A stretch of 38,267 nucleotides of DNA from Priapulus caudatus (taxonomy: Eukaryota). Shown piece by piece: positions 12,909 to 24,311 of this stretch. The notes under the pieces are model-generated. The model ran no database searches. It worked only from the letters and a program-made list of their open reading frames with translations, and was not told the origin of the DNA. The translations under genes were made by a program, and so were the position numbers. The DNA is taken from contig NW_014577075.1 of assembly GCF_000485595.1 (NCBI RefSeq), forward strand, positions 397,322-435,588, written 5' to 3'. The stretch's first letter is position 1, and the number at the start of each line of letters is the position of its first letter.

Positions 12909-13240
12909 TCCCTCTCCCTACATCCCCCCTACCGGGCGCCCCTCTCCCCACATCCTCTTTACAGGCTCCTCTCCTCTACATCCCCCCGGCTCCCTCGTCC
13001 CAATCCTCTCCCTTACGGCTCCCTCTCCCTATCATCCCCCACGGCCCCCTCTCCCTACATCCTCTCCCTACGGGCTCACTCTCCCTACATCCCCTCCCAT
13101 ACGCCCGCCTCTCCCTACATCACCTCACGGGGCGCCCATTCTCCCTACATCCCCACTCGGCCTCCCTCTCACCTACATCCTCCACCCCTACGGCCTCGCT
13201 CTCCCTACATCCCCCACTCCTACGGCGTCCTCTCCCTTCT
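12909..13240 (+). repeat. C-rich minisatellite, ~29-bp unit (ctctccctacatccccccacgggc...); second copy ~17544-17890
   Basis: Recurrent ctccctacatcc core. Confidence 0.88.
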
Positions 13241-13285
13241 CACGCGGGTAGTGTGTGACACGTTGTGTTTTGTCGCTGCCTGCAG

Positions 13286-13373
13286 ACCCGCCGGAGCAAT
13301 CTACGACGACGACGGCATGAACACTACTACGAGTCCGACGAAACCCTACATCATTAAGGCCAACGAAAACCAA
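13286..13373 (+). CDS. Candidate FGFR acid-box exon, copy A (frameshifted as assembled)
   Basis: Follows ttgtgttttgtcgctgcctgcag. Reading across frames gives (D)PPEQ..YDDDGMN..YYESDE..YIIKANEN, then gtagtgg (a possible damaged gtaagt). It lies upstream of IgII and has a phase-1 Asp start, as in the vertebrate acid-box exon. It needs indel correction to be open. Confidence 0.45.
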
Positions 13374-14189
13374 GTAGTGGCGATGCCCTTCGTGCGTATC
13401 TTAGATGCATTTATTATAGACTCTATATATATATATCTATTATCTATATCTACTATCTATATATCTATCTATATATATAATATATATATATAGTATATAT
13501 ATATATATATTATTACAAGTAGCTCTCTAGTACCTACAACATCTGTAGTCTCACCCAGCTATCCAACACTACTCCACTAGTAATTCCACCACACACACAT
13601 AGTATCAGAGCGTAAAAGAAGCGTTATATAAATATACTTATTATTATCCTCTTTATACGCCCTCTTGAGATAGTATGCATAGTATGCAACAATGCTTAGC
13701 CCTAGCAGACAAGTGCGACACCAAAACTAATCTCTGCGACATCGCTGCATCTACTACTTCTCGCACTCTAGCTACATTTTTAAGTATCTGCCTACCTCTC
13801 GCAGGGCCCCTAATTGGCCGTCTGTGCAGACCGCACCTGACACCCGTCTGGTCTGTCTGCGTCTGTCAGTGCAACGAAGCGGTGCACTAAAAAGCCGCTG
13901 TTGCTTCGAGGGAGCGGAGGGAGTGAAGGAGGATGCGCAGCCGAGCAGCCCTAGCTGGTATAGCAAACACCCGGCACGTGCTCGCACTCTGTGTCTCGAC
14001 TCGCACTCTCGGGTTTGAATATGCCGGCGTGCCAGCATAGCAAACAACGCATCCAACTACAGCGCATTTTACGCGCCGCCCAGCACCGAATGGCTTCTTT
14101 GTACAAACTTCATCGTAATTAATGACAGTGTTGTTGCTGCCTGACGGAATCGACCACTATGCTCTGTTGTACGTACACCTGCTCCCTCT

Positions 14190-14217
14190 ACTCTCATCTC
14201 TCTCTCCTCTACTCTCT

Positions 14218-14289
<72 letters not shown>

Positions 14290-14337
14290 CTCTCTCGCTC
14301 TCTCCTCTCTCGCTCTCTCTCGCTCCTCGCTCTCGCT

Positions 14338-14431
<94 letters not shown>

Positions 14432-14492
14432 CTCTCTCTCGCCGCGCTCTCTCTCTCTCTCTCTGTCTCTCCCTCTCTCGCGCCTCTCTCCT

Positions 14493-14524
<32 letters not shown>

Positions 14525-14611
14525 TCTCTCTCTCTCTCTCTACTCTTCTCGCGCTCTCTCCTCTCTCTCTCTCTTTCTCTTCTCTTTCTCGCTCGCTCTC
14601 TCTCTGTCTCG

Positions 14612-14650
<39 letters not shown>

Positions 14651-14720
14651 CGCGCGCTCTCTCTATTTCTCTCTCTCTCTTCTCTCTCCTCGCTCTCGTC
14701 TCTCTCTCTGTCTCTTCTCG

Positions 14721-14769
<49 letters not shown>

Positions 14770-14793
14770 TCTCCTCTCGCTCTCTCTCTCTCT

Positions 14794-14831
<38 letters not shown>

Positions 14832-15168
14832 CTCTCTCTCTCTTTATCCCTCTCTGTCTCTTCTCTGTCTCTGTCTCTGGTCTCATGTCTCTGTCTCTGT
14901 CTCTACAGTCTCTGAAAATCTGTCTCTAGCCTACTGCTTCTCTGTCTCTCTCTGTCTCTCTAGTCTCTCATGTCCGCGCGCTCCGCTCTCTCTCTCTCGT
15001 TCTCTCTCTCTCTCTACCGCTACTCTCTCTCTCTCTCTTCTCTCCCTCTACATTCATTCTCTACTTTTTCGCGCGCCGCTCTCTCTCTCTTTTCTCTCTC
15101 TCCTCTCTCTCTACTCTCTCTCTCTTTCCTCGCTCTCTCGTCTCTCTCCATCGCGCTCTCTCGCGCTC

Positions 15169-15200
<32 letters not shown>

Positions 15201-15269
15201 TCTCTCTCTCTCTCTCTCTTTCGCTCGCTCTCTCGTTTCTCTCCCTCTCCTCTTTTCTCACTCTCTCTT
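14190..15269 (+). repeat. Long imperfect (CT)n tract (counterpart ~18890-19590)
   Basis: Direct inspection; source of the SL-repeat ORFs. Confidence 0.95.
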
Positions 15270-15294
15270 NNNNNNNNNNNNNNNNNNNNNNNNN
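15270..15294. other. Assembly gap (25 N) between the duplicated blocks
   Basis: Run of n. Confidence 0.99.
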
Positions 15295-15859
15295 CACACA
15301 GCACACACACACGGGGGCGGGGCGGCGCACTACTGCCACGAAACGGTATATAGGTTAGCAACGACAAAAGCCAAGGATTATAACCACAAATAACCTAACC
15401 CTGCCGCGCTAGCAAATGCTGTCAACAATGCAGCAAGCCTATAGCGAGTTGCGCGTGGTACGTGAGGAAGTCGTGAGGCGCCTCATATTCATATATTGCC
15501 AGCTCATAGCGCGCACGTGGCAAGCCGACAGAAAGCGCACCAGCCCACATGGCACGGTTTGTCGTCTCCGCAACACACATGCGGAGAACTCGAAACTGTC
15601 AGCGCGAAGCTACCCGCGTCCGGAGACGACTGGTACCACAAGCGGCCGGCTTGCTCTTGAGACGGGCGCAACGTTCGTCTTTCACCAAGCGCAGCTTTGC
15701 GCGTAAAGAAACGTGACGCAAGGGCGACGGCGCAAGTTACGCGGTGCCGAGTGCACGAACGATCACGCCGAGCTGCTGTGGCCAACCGTCACCGCTGCGC
15801 CGTAGTCGGTTAGTGAAGTATATACTGCCACCACATGCAGGTGTTGTGCGGAGTTAGAG

Positions 15860-16990
15860 TGGTGGGGGGAGATGATGAAGGACGAGAGACGTGGCACGAC
15901 CGGGGGGGCGAGAAGGGGACGAGAGTTCAGCAGACGAGTACCGGTAGAGAGCAGATAGCAGAATCAGAGAGAGAGGGGCGCGCAAGGAGGAGACAGTTTC
16001 GAGAACGGGAGTAGCCGGTAGAGAGAGAGAGAGACGCGGAGATGACGCGAGACGAGAGAGAGACGAGAGAGAGAGGAGAGCCGAGAGGGGAGAAGGGTCG
16101 AGAGAGAGAGCGGGGGAGGAGAAGGGAGAAGTTCGAGGACGCGGAGTAGCCAGTAGAGAGAGAGGAGAGACGACGAGAGGAGAGAGAGAGAGGAGACGGG
16201 GGAGAAGGGAGGAAGGCTTCGAACGCCGAGTAGCCCGTAGCAGAGAGGAGAGGAGAGAGAGGAGGCGGAGGAGCAACGGAGACGTTTCGAACGGGAGTAG
16301 CCGGTAGGAGAAGAGAGCAGAGGGAGAGAGAGAGAGAGAGAGAGGAGCGGGGAGAACCTGGCAGGCAACGTTGCGCACGGAGCTAGCCGGGGTAGAAGAG
16401 AGAAGAGAAGGGAGAGAGAACGAGCGGGGAAGCCGGGGCGGCGGGGGGAAGGGGCGAGAGGTTTCGAGACGGATAGCGGGTAGAAGAGAGACGACGAGGA
16501 TGAAGAGACGAGAGAGAGAGAGAGAGAGGAGAGAGGGGCGAGAGCGGCGAGAGAGGAGAGCGCGGCAGAACGGCGAGAGGTTTCGAGACAGGACGTAGCC
16601 GGTTAGAGGAGGAGAGAGGAGACGAGATGAGAGAGCAGAGGAGGGGCAGGAAACGCGGGAGACGTTTCGCAGACGGGAGCTAGTCCGTAGAGAGAGAGAG
16701 AGGAGGGCGACTATCGAGAAGCAGAGAGAGAGGAGGGGGGGGGAAGGCAGAGAGGTTTCGCAGACGCGGAGTAGCGTAGAGAGCAGAGAGAGAGAGAGAG
16801 AGATCGGGGGAGCAGGGGAGAAGGGAGAGAGGAGAGCGGGGGAGAGAAGGGGAGAGGTAACGAGACGGGAGTAGCTGGTAGAGGGAGAGAGAGGAGAGAG
16901 AGAGAGAGAGATAGAGATGAGAGAGAGATGAGCAGAAGGAAGAGCGGGCGGGAGAAGAAAGTGGGGGAGTTTCGAGAGAATGGAGAAGGT
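15860..16990 (+). repeat. GA-rich compound minisatellite with core gtttcgagacgggagtagccggtagagag
   Basis: The core recurs every ~60-80 nt, separated by variable (GA)n. Confidence 0.85.
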
Positions 16991-17287
16991 TACCCCGACC
17001 AGCGCTGTGCGACGCGATTGTTCTTATTCTAACCCTCAGCAATTACCGTTTCGGGACCCTAGGAAGAAGGAGAGCGCTAACGACGAGGTGGCAAGGAACG
17101 GGCGAACAGCCGTTGAGAGTGGAAGCGAGAAGGAGGGGAGGGAGAGCCTAAGTAGAGTGAGAGCAGGAACCTGTGCTGTGGTGTGTTGCGCATGGCTTGG
17201 GCTAGTGCGTGCGTGCGTGCTTGCCGTGCGTGCGTGCGTGCGTCGCCGTGCCGTGCGTGCCTGTGCGTTTGCGTGCCGTGCGTCTCG

Positions 17288-18154
17288 CCCGCCCTGTGTG
17301 CTAAAACATCGTTTAGTAGGCTGTATAATGGTCTCGCGCGCGTGCTAAAATGACGACATGCCAACAGGCTCGGCACGGTAGCAAGCAAGCTACCGGCTGG
17401 TTATATTACGAGCAAATAGATTAGCCTTCTGTATGACCGCATTCTGTGATGTGCGTTGCTATGCAGCGTTTGATGTCATTCTGCCAGCCTGCATCCCGTC
17501 ATGCCGTACCCCCGGCAGCAGGATTAAAACTATAGCATGCATTCTCCCCTTCTCCCACATCCCCCTACGGGCGCCTCTCCCACATCCTCTATACAGCCGC
17601 TCCCTCTCCCTACATCCCCTCACGGAGGCTCCCTCTCCCTACATCCTCTCCCTACGCGCCCCCTCTCCCGTACATCCCCCACCGGGCCCCTCTCCCTACA
17701 TCCCCCCACGGGCTCCCTCTCCCTACATCCCCTCCCTTACGTCGCCCATTCTCCCTACATCCCCCCACGGGCGCCTCTCCCTACATTCCCCCCTACGGCC
17801 GCTCCCTCTCCCTACATGCCCTCCACCCCTAGCGGCCTCCCTTCTCCCTACATCCCCCCACTCCTACGGCGCTCCCCTCCTCTTCCCCACGCGGCGGTAG
17901 TGAGGTCCTGACACGTTGTGTTTGTCGCTGCTGCAGACCGAGCATCTTACGAGCGAGCGGCATGAACACGTACCCGAACTACTACCGAGTCCGACGGAAG
18001 CTTACATCACTATGCAAAAACGAAACCTGCTAAGTGGCGAGCCTTTCTTGCGTATCCTAGATGTCATTTATTATAGACTCTATATATCTATATCGTATAT
18101 CTATATCTATCTATTCTATCTATATATCTATCCTATCTATCTAATATATATATA

Positions 18155-18186
<32 letters not shown>

Positions 18187-18889
18187 CAAGTAGCTGCTCT
18201 AGTACCTACAACATCTGTAGTCACCCTAGTATCACCACGACTCGCACTAGTATCCACCACACACACATAGTATCAAAGAGGTATAAAGGAAAGGTTATAT
18301 TATACTTATATTATCCTCTTATACGCTCTTGATAGTATACAGAGTAAGAATAATCATAGCCATCCTATATAGGCGATCCAATATACGGATCCTATATTAT
18401 CTTACTCCTGATAGTAGATAGTATGCACACAAATGTAGTAGCAGGCAAGTGCTCAACTATCTCTGACATCGCGCCTGCATCTACTAACTTCTCGCACCTC
18501 CAGTACATTTTTTATATCTTAGCTTACTCGCAGGCCGTAATTGGGTCTGTGCAGCCGCACCTGCCACCCGTCTGCGTGTCCTGTCTGTCAGGTGCACGAT
18601 AGGCGTCACTAAAAAAACGTTGACTTGCCTTCGAGGGGAGGGAGGAGAGGGAGGACGAGCCTAGCTGCTATAAGCAAACCACGACGTGTCGCCCTCGTTT
18701 CTCGACTCGCCCATCTCGTGTTTGAATTGCGGGGCTGCCGCACAGCAAAAAAACGCCAATCCAACTACAGCGCATTTTACGCGCTGCCTAGCCCGAGAGT
18801 TCTTTGTACAAACTGATCGCCTAATTAATGAACAGGTGTTGTTGCTGCCTGACGGAATCGACACTGGCTCGTCGTGTACGTACAACCGC

Positions 18890-18922
<33 letters not shown>

Positions 18923-19044
18923 CTGTCTCCTCTCCTCTCTCTCTCTCTCTCTCTGTTCTCTCTCTCTCTCTCTCTCTCTCACTCTCTCTGCTCTCTCTCT
19001 CTCTTCTCTTCTCTCTCTCTCTCTCTCTCCTTTTTCTCTCTCTT

Positions 19045-19075
<31 letters not shown>

Positions 19076-19098
19076 CCCTCTCTCTCTCTCTCTCTCTT

Positions 19099-19136
<38 letters not shown>

Positions 19137-19279
19137 TCTCTTTCTCCTTTCTCTTTCCTTGCTTCCTTTGTCTCTTTCTCTTTCTCCTCTCTCTCTCCTC
19201 TCTCGTCTCTTTCGCTCTTTCTCTCTCGCTCTCTCGCCTCTCTCGCTCTCTCTCTCATCTGCTCTCGTTTCTCTCTCTC

Positions 19280-19310
<31 letters not shown>

Positions 19311-19481
19311 ACCTCTGCTCTCTCTCCGTTCTCTCTCTCCTCTGTCATGCTCTCTCGCGCGCCGCCTCTCTCTCTCCTCTCCTCTCGCGCGCTCGCCGCT
19401 CCTCTCTCTCTACTCTCTCCTCTCCTCTCTCTCTTTCGCCTCGCTCTCTCGGTTCTCTCCCACTCGCCACTCTCTCGCGCG

Positions 19482-19531
<50 letters not shown>

Positions 19532-19590
19532 CTCTCTTCGCTCCTCTCTTCGTTTCCTCTCCCTCTCCTCCTTTTACTCACTCTCTCTTT
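17288..19590 (+). repeat. Copy B of the ~2.5-kb duplicated block
   Basis: See copy A. The sequence near 19590 (ctcactctctctt) matches the last bases of copy A before the gap. Confidence 0.92.
17937..18028 (+). CDS. Candidate FGFR acid-box exon, copy B (frameshifted as assembled)
   Basis: Second noisy copy: ctgac branch-like motif near 17908, ctgcag acceptor, the shared core ggcatgaacac...actac.gagtccgacg, and g(c)taagtgg at the end. Confidence 0.35.
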
Positions 19591-21851
19591 CTCTCCTCCC
19601 TCTCTCGCCTCTCTCCTCCCCCTCCCTCTCTCCCTCTATCCCCGCCTCTCTCTCGCGCGCCGTTCTCTCTCACTCTTTCCTTCCTTTCCTCCGTCTCTAG
19701 CTCCCTCTTGCCCAGGTTTTCATACGCGTGTATGTGTGCGCGCGACGCGCGGTAGCCGCGGTTCAGCGGCTAATATACATAGTACGGCTCTAGACTCGGT
19801 CACAGACGTCGCGGGCTGTCGCGGCGGCTTCATACGCGAACAACTTACGGAGGCAGGTCTAGCATGCGCGCCGACGACAATGGGGCTGCTCTCTGTTTGT
19901 TCGGCCGAAATGCATCGTAATGCCGCTCGGCGTTCGTCTGAAGCCTAGTTAGATCACACGGCGACGGTAACCGCGGCGGCAAAGTTCCTTGTCGTGATGA
20001 GACCAGATTATCTCTGTCCCGCCGGCCTGCCGACACCTGTCTGGTAGTAGATAAGGACGGTTTCCACAACTCGCCTTAGATGCCAGCAGTAGACCGTCTC
20101 GAGCGACGCGCGGATGTCAGTTCTAGATAATGACGTCAATGGATCGATTACCGTCATCGAGTATATGCGCTCTTTTGCACTTCCTTTCACAGCTCTTCTG
20201 ATGAAGCCTCCTGCGAAAAAGTCCACCATGTCTACGTAATACATATAATTAGCAACACTGTTGGCTTTCAAGTCGAGCGCAGTAGCGTGCCTGTAGTTAG
20301 TCAGCGTCTTGCTTTCTAGAAGCAAAGTAGCCCGCTAGCTGAAACGCCATATAATGGAAACAGACGTGTTATGAAGCCGCCAGCCTTTCTTGTTTGGAAT
20401 GATATTGTTGCATAGCCAATAAACACAAGGCTGCGCGTTACACTCAGCATGCCTGAAAATTCGAGTGTTTGTGTAGAGTGCTATAGTGTTCAGTGCTATG
20501 ATATGCTAAGAACGCCGATGCCATGCGAAATGCATATGCGTCACTGGCGTTTTAATGATCTATATTCTATTCATAATCAGATATTAGATCGGGCGCTTGT
20601 TGTCATAGACTGCAGGAGCGCTTATGTTAGTTGTGATAGATAAGCCATAGTAGCTTTTGCTTGCTTATGTTTGGCTCGATTTCTGAATTTTTCATGTTCT
20701 TTTCTTAACCCTCATATCTTTTAATTAACCAACTATATCACAAAAATAGCCCTCTCCTCCCTCTCTCGCTCTCTCCCTCCCTCCCTTCCTCCCTCTCTCC
20801 CCGCTCTCTCTCGCGCGCGTTCTCTCTCACTCTTTCCTTCCCTTTCCCCTTCTCTAGCTCCCTCTTGCCCAGGTTTCATCAGCGTGTTGTGTGCGCGCGA
20901 CGCGCGGTGGCCGCGGTCTCAGCGGCTAATTATACATGTAGGGCTCTAGACTGGTCACAGACGTCGCTGGCTGTCGGCGGGCTTCATACGGAACAACTTA
21001 CGGAGGCAGTCTAGATGCTGGCGACGACAATGGGGTTGCTCTCTGTTTGTTCGGCGAAATGCATCGGTAATGCTCGGCGTTCGTCTGAAGCTAGTTAGAT
21101 TCACACGGCGACGTAACCGCGGCGGCAAATTCCTGCGTGATGAGACAATTATCTCTGCCCCGCCGGCTGCGACACCTGTCTGGTAGTAGATAGACGGTTT
21201 CCACAACTCGCTAGATGCCTCCAGTAGACGTCTCGACGACGCGCGGAGTCAGTCTAGATAATGGCGTCAATGGATCGATTACCGTCATCAGTATATGCGC
21301 TCTTTTGATTCCTTTACAGTTCTTTGATGAAGCCTCCGCGAAAAATCCACCATGTTACGTAATACATATAATTAGCAACACTGTTGCTTTCAAGTCTGAG
21401 CGAGTAGGCGTGCCTGTAGTTGTCAGCGTCTTGTTTCTAGACAGTAGCCGCTAGTGGAACGCCGATATAATGGAAACAGACGTGTATGGAAGCCGCCAGC
21501 CTTTCTTGTTTGGAATTATATTGTTGATAGCAATAAACACACAAGCTGCACTACACTCGGATGCCTGAAATTCAGTGCTTTTGTATGAGTGCTATAGTGT
21601 TTAGTGCTATTGTATGCTAAGAAGCGTGCATGTAAATCATATGCGTCAGTGCGTTTAAATGATCTAGTATTCTATTCATAATTCAGATATTAATCGGCTC
21701 GCTTGTTGCCATAGACTGCAGTGAGCTTATGTTAGTTGTTATAGCATAATGCCATATAGTTTTGCTTGCTTATGTTTGCTCGATTTCTGAATTTCCATGT
21801 TCTTTCTTACCCTCATATCTTTTAATTAACCAACTTATATCACAAAATAGC
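19591..21851 (+). repeat. Head-to-tail tandem duplication of ~1.1-1.15 kb (19591-20750 and 20751-21851)
   Basis: Both units share tagctccctcttgcccaggttt, acacctgtctggtagtagata, gtcaatggatcgattaccgtcatc and agccgccagcctttcttgtttggaat, and both end in tatcacaaaa(a)tagc. Divergence is indel-dominated. Confidence 0.93.
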
Positions 21852-22454
21852 TCCATAAATGAAATTCTCAAGTCAAATTATGAAATAATTAATTTTCAGC
21901 ATTAAACGTTTTTTGTACCCGTAATATTCACGACGAATAGAGAGGATTACGCGCGATTATCAAAAAGGGATTGGATTATAAGCAGTAGTTGAATAGGATA
22001 GCAGTATGTAGTAGTAGCAACACAACGTGGCTTCTATGTCATGAATTTACGAATCAAAATCCGATAAAGACTACCCAAAAGATATCTGTTTTCTATAATC
22101 GACTGGTGTAGTATTCAACTGAGGTGAGAATGCTATAGGTACAGAGCAGAAGCAGAATAAGTGTGATAGCTGCTGTAATGCGTGGACGGTAGCCTACCAG
22201 AGACTGTGATGGTGGGTGGGTGGGGGGCTACGAGGTTGCGATGCATATACAGGGAGTGTGGTGATAGTTTTCAGTCCGATCACTAAAATGCGTGCAGCAT
22301 ATCCCGGTACAATCAGAGAATGGATAATGGAGTATCAGAGCAACTATGGTGCGGTGGCTATATAGCTAACGGCAATAGTGGTGTCCCGACGTGAGGTTGC
22401 AGTAGGTCTAGTGTGATGGTTGCTGTGCGAGCTTGTGGGGTGAGATACAGTGAA

Positions 22455-22502
<48 letters not shown>

Positions 22503-22506
22503 AAAT

Positions 22507-22649
22507 AAATTCAAATAATAGGTTAAGGGTGTTTAAGTTTTAATACGCGAGCTTTCGCGCATGAATTGAACAATTGTCAGACGAAGATATGTACATCTCG
22601 AAAGTTCGCGTATTAAAACTTAAACACCCTGAACCTATTATTTGAATTT
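22507..22649. mobile_element. MITE-like inverted repeat with 51-bp arms
   Basis: 22507-22557 versus the reverse complement of 22599-22649: 2 mismatches, 41-bp spacer. It sits next to a (TA)n tract. No clear TSD. Confidence 0.7.
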
Positions 22650-22686
22650 TTTTTTATCTACATTGGTGTTCGTATGTGATTTTACT

Positions 22687-22734
<48 letters not shown>

Positions 22735-22826
22735 CGTGTGTGCGTGCGTGCGTGCGTGCGTGCGTGTGTGTGTGTTCGTCTGGAAGTCTGCTCTCCTGCG
22801 TCTGTAGCGGTTAGAGTCGTCTGCAC

Positions 22827-23327
22827 CACAGGCACCTGGAACGTCTCAATATAAAAAATTAATGGTAAATAAACACGAAATGTCCCAAAGTCTTAATGTT
22901 TCTCTTCGCTATTTCGCCTATAATCACCTGTAAATGCCGGTCAAATGCTCATCTGCAACACACAAATACACCGCACGCCCGCCCTGTGCTGCGTGCACAA
23001 ACAACATGAATAAGAGAGAACTCTCTTATTCATGAACATAACTCTCTTATCACAACTTGAACTGAATAACGTGAACTCATAACGTGAACTGAACTTAACA
23101 TGAACATGAACTCTCTTAACATGAACTTATCATGAACTCTCTTATTCATGTTGTTTGTGCACGCAGCACAGGGCGGGCGTGCGGTGTACTTGCGAGTTGC
23201 AGATGAGCATTTGACCGACAGTTACAGGTGATTATAGGCGAAATAGAGTAGAGAAACATTAAGACTTTGGTACATTTCGTGTTTATTTACCATTAATTTT
23301 TTTATTGAGACGTTCCAAGTGCCTGTG
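22827..23327. mobile_element. Foldback MITE with ~190-bp inverted arms (P- or hAT-like ends)
   Basis: Arms 22827-23018 and 23137-23327 are near-perfect reverse complements (cacaggcacctggaacgtctcaata... / ...tattgagacgttccaagtgcctgtg). 8-bp TSD gtctgcac / gtctgcgc. Termini are CA...TG. Confidence 0.85.
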
Positions 23328-23655
23328 GTCTGCGCTGGAGCAGCACTGGTCGGTCAGTCGTGTTGCTGGCTCTGTTCATACGTCGTCTATGGTTGGTAGC
23401 GTGAGTCATGTATCGGCATGTATCGGCCTCACGTCTTCTTCCTTACACCGCGCACGTGTTCCCAATACCGGCCCGTGTTGGCGCCCCGGCCTGCAGTGTG
23501 GGGTGGATGGATGCGGGGGGCCCACATTCCACGACGCAGTTGGGTGACATTCGTAGAGTAGAGTCTCTCACTATTTAGCGCCAGTCCACTCATATTATGT
23601 TATAGGACATGCAGGCTAACGGGTGGTGACCATGGTGCGGTGAATTTAGTATTGT

Positions 23656-23820
23656 CTGGTGATCGTAGTATGATGCGGTGAACGTAGCATGGTCCGGCGA
23701 CCGTCGCATGATGTGCTGGTCATAGCATGGTCCGCCAGCCATAGCATGGTTGGGCAGCCATAGAATTAAACGGTGACCGTAACATGATCCGGCGGTCGTA
23801 GCATGATATGGTGACCATGG
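23656..23820 (+). repeat. Diverged 19-bp tandem repeat (consensus ~ccggtgaccgtagcatgat), about 9 units
   Basis: Units such as gcggtgaacgtagcatggt, ccggcgaccgtcgcatgat, acggtgaccgtaacatgat and ccggcggtcgtagcatgat keep an exact 19-nt phase. Confidence 0.8.
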
Positions 23821-23875
23821 CGAATGAAGAAGGTCAGCCAAATATCTATACTCTAGCACTGCAACTAACAAATAG

Positions 23876-24311
23876 GTGACCGAGAGAAATGAGTCACTTG
23901 GGGCAATTTGGACATTTTAAGATGAATACATATGGAGATTCCTAAGATTCATGGCTGTCTATTGATATATAGATATTGAAAATTGGTTGAAAAGCAAACA
24001 TTTTATGACCATTATAAATCGAGATATCATGCGTTTATAATTTCCTGAGAATTGACTATAATAAGGGTTGAAAACTAACATCATTCACGATCAATTAGCT
24101 GACACTTCTTATAAATCATTCAATTTAAGCAAGTTTTAATTGAATTATAACATTTTTGTTTATACAAATCGAAAGTAAACATTGTAGATGGTGTTTTTGC
24201 AACAACAAAATTTACAATAATTTTTTTAAGCCTAATTAATAAGCCTAAAAATCGATTGTACTGTAGAATACTACTGTGCTACTTCCGACTCATTTGGCTC
24301 TCACGGGTCAC
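23876..24311. mobile_element. Possible degenerate TIR element with AT-rich interior
   Basis: The left end gtgaccgagagaaatgagtc resembles the reverse complement of the right end (gtgacccgtgagagccaaatgagtc). The interior is sharply more AT-rich than the flanks. No intact TSD. Confidence 0.4.

Larger units (their letters stand above)
12630..15269 (+). repeat. Copy A of a ~2.5-kb duplicated block (copy B ~17288-19590)
   Basis: Same order of unique anchors in both copies: gcaagcaagctac, attacgagcaaatagat, C-rich minisatellite, exon-like segment, (TA)n, ctctagtacctacaacatctgtagtc, gttgctgcctgacggaatcgac, (CT)n. Differences are mostly small indels. Ends exactly at the N gap. Confidence 0.92.
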
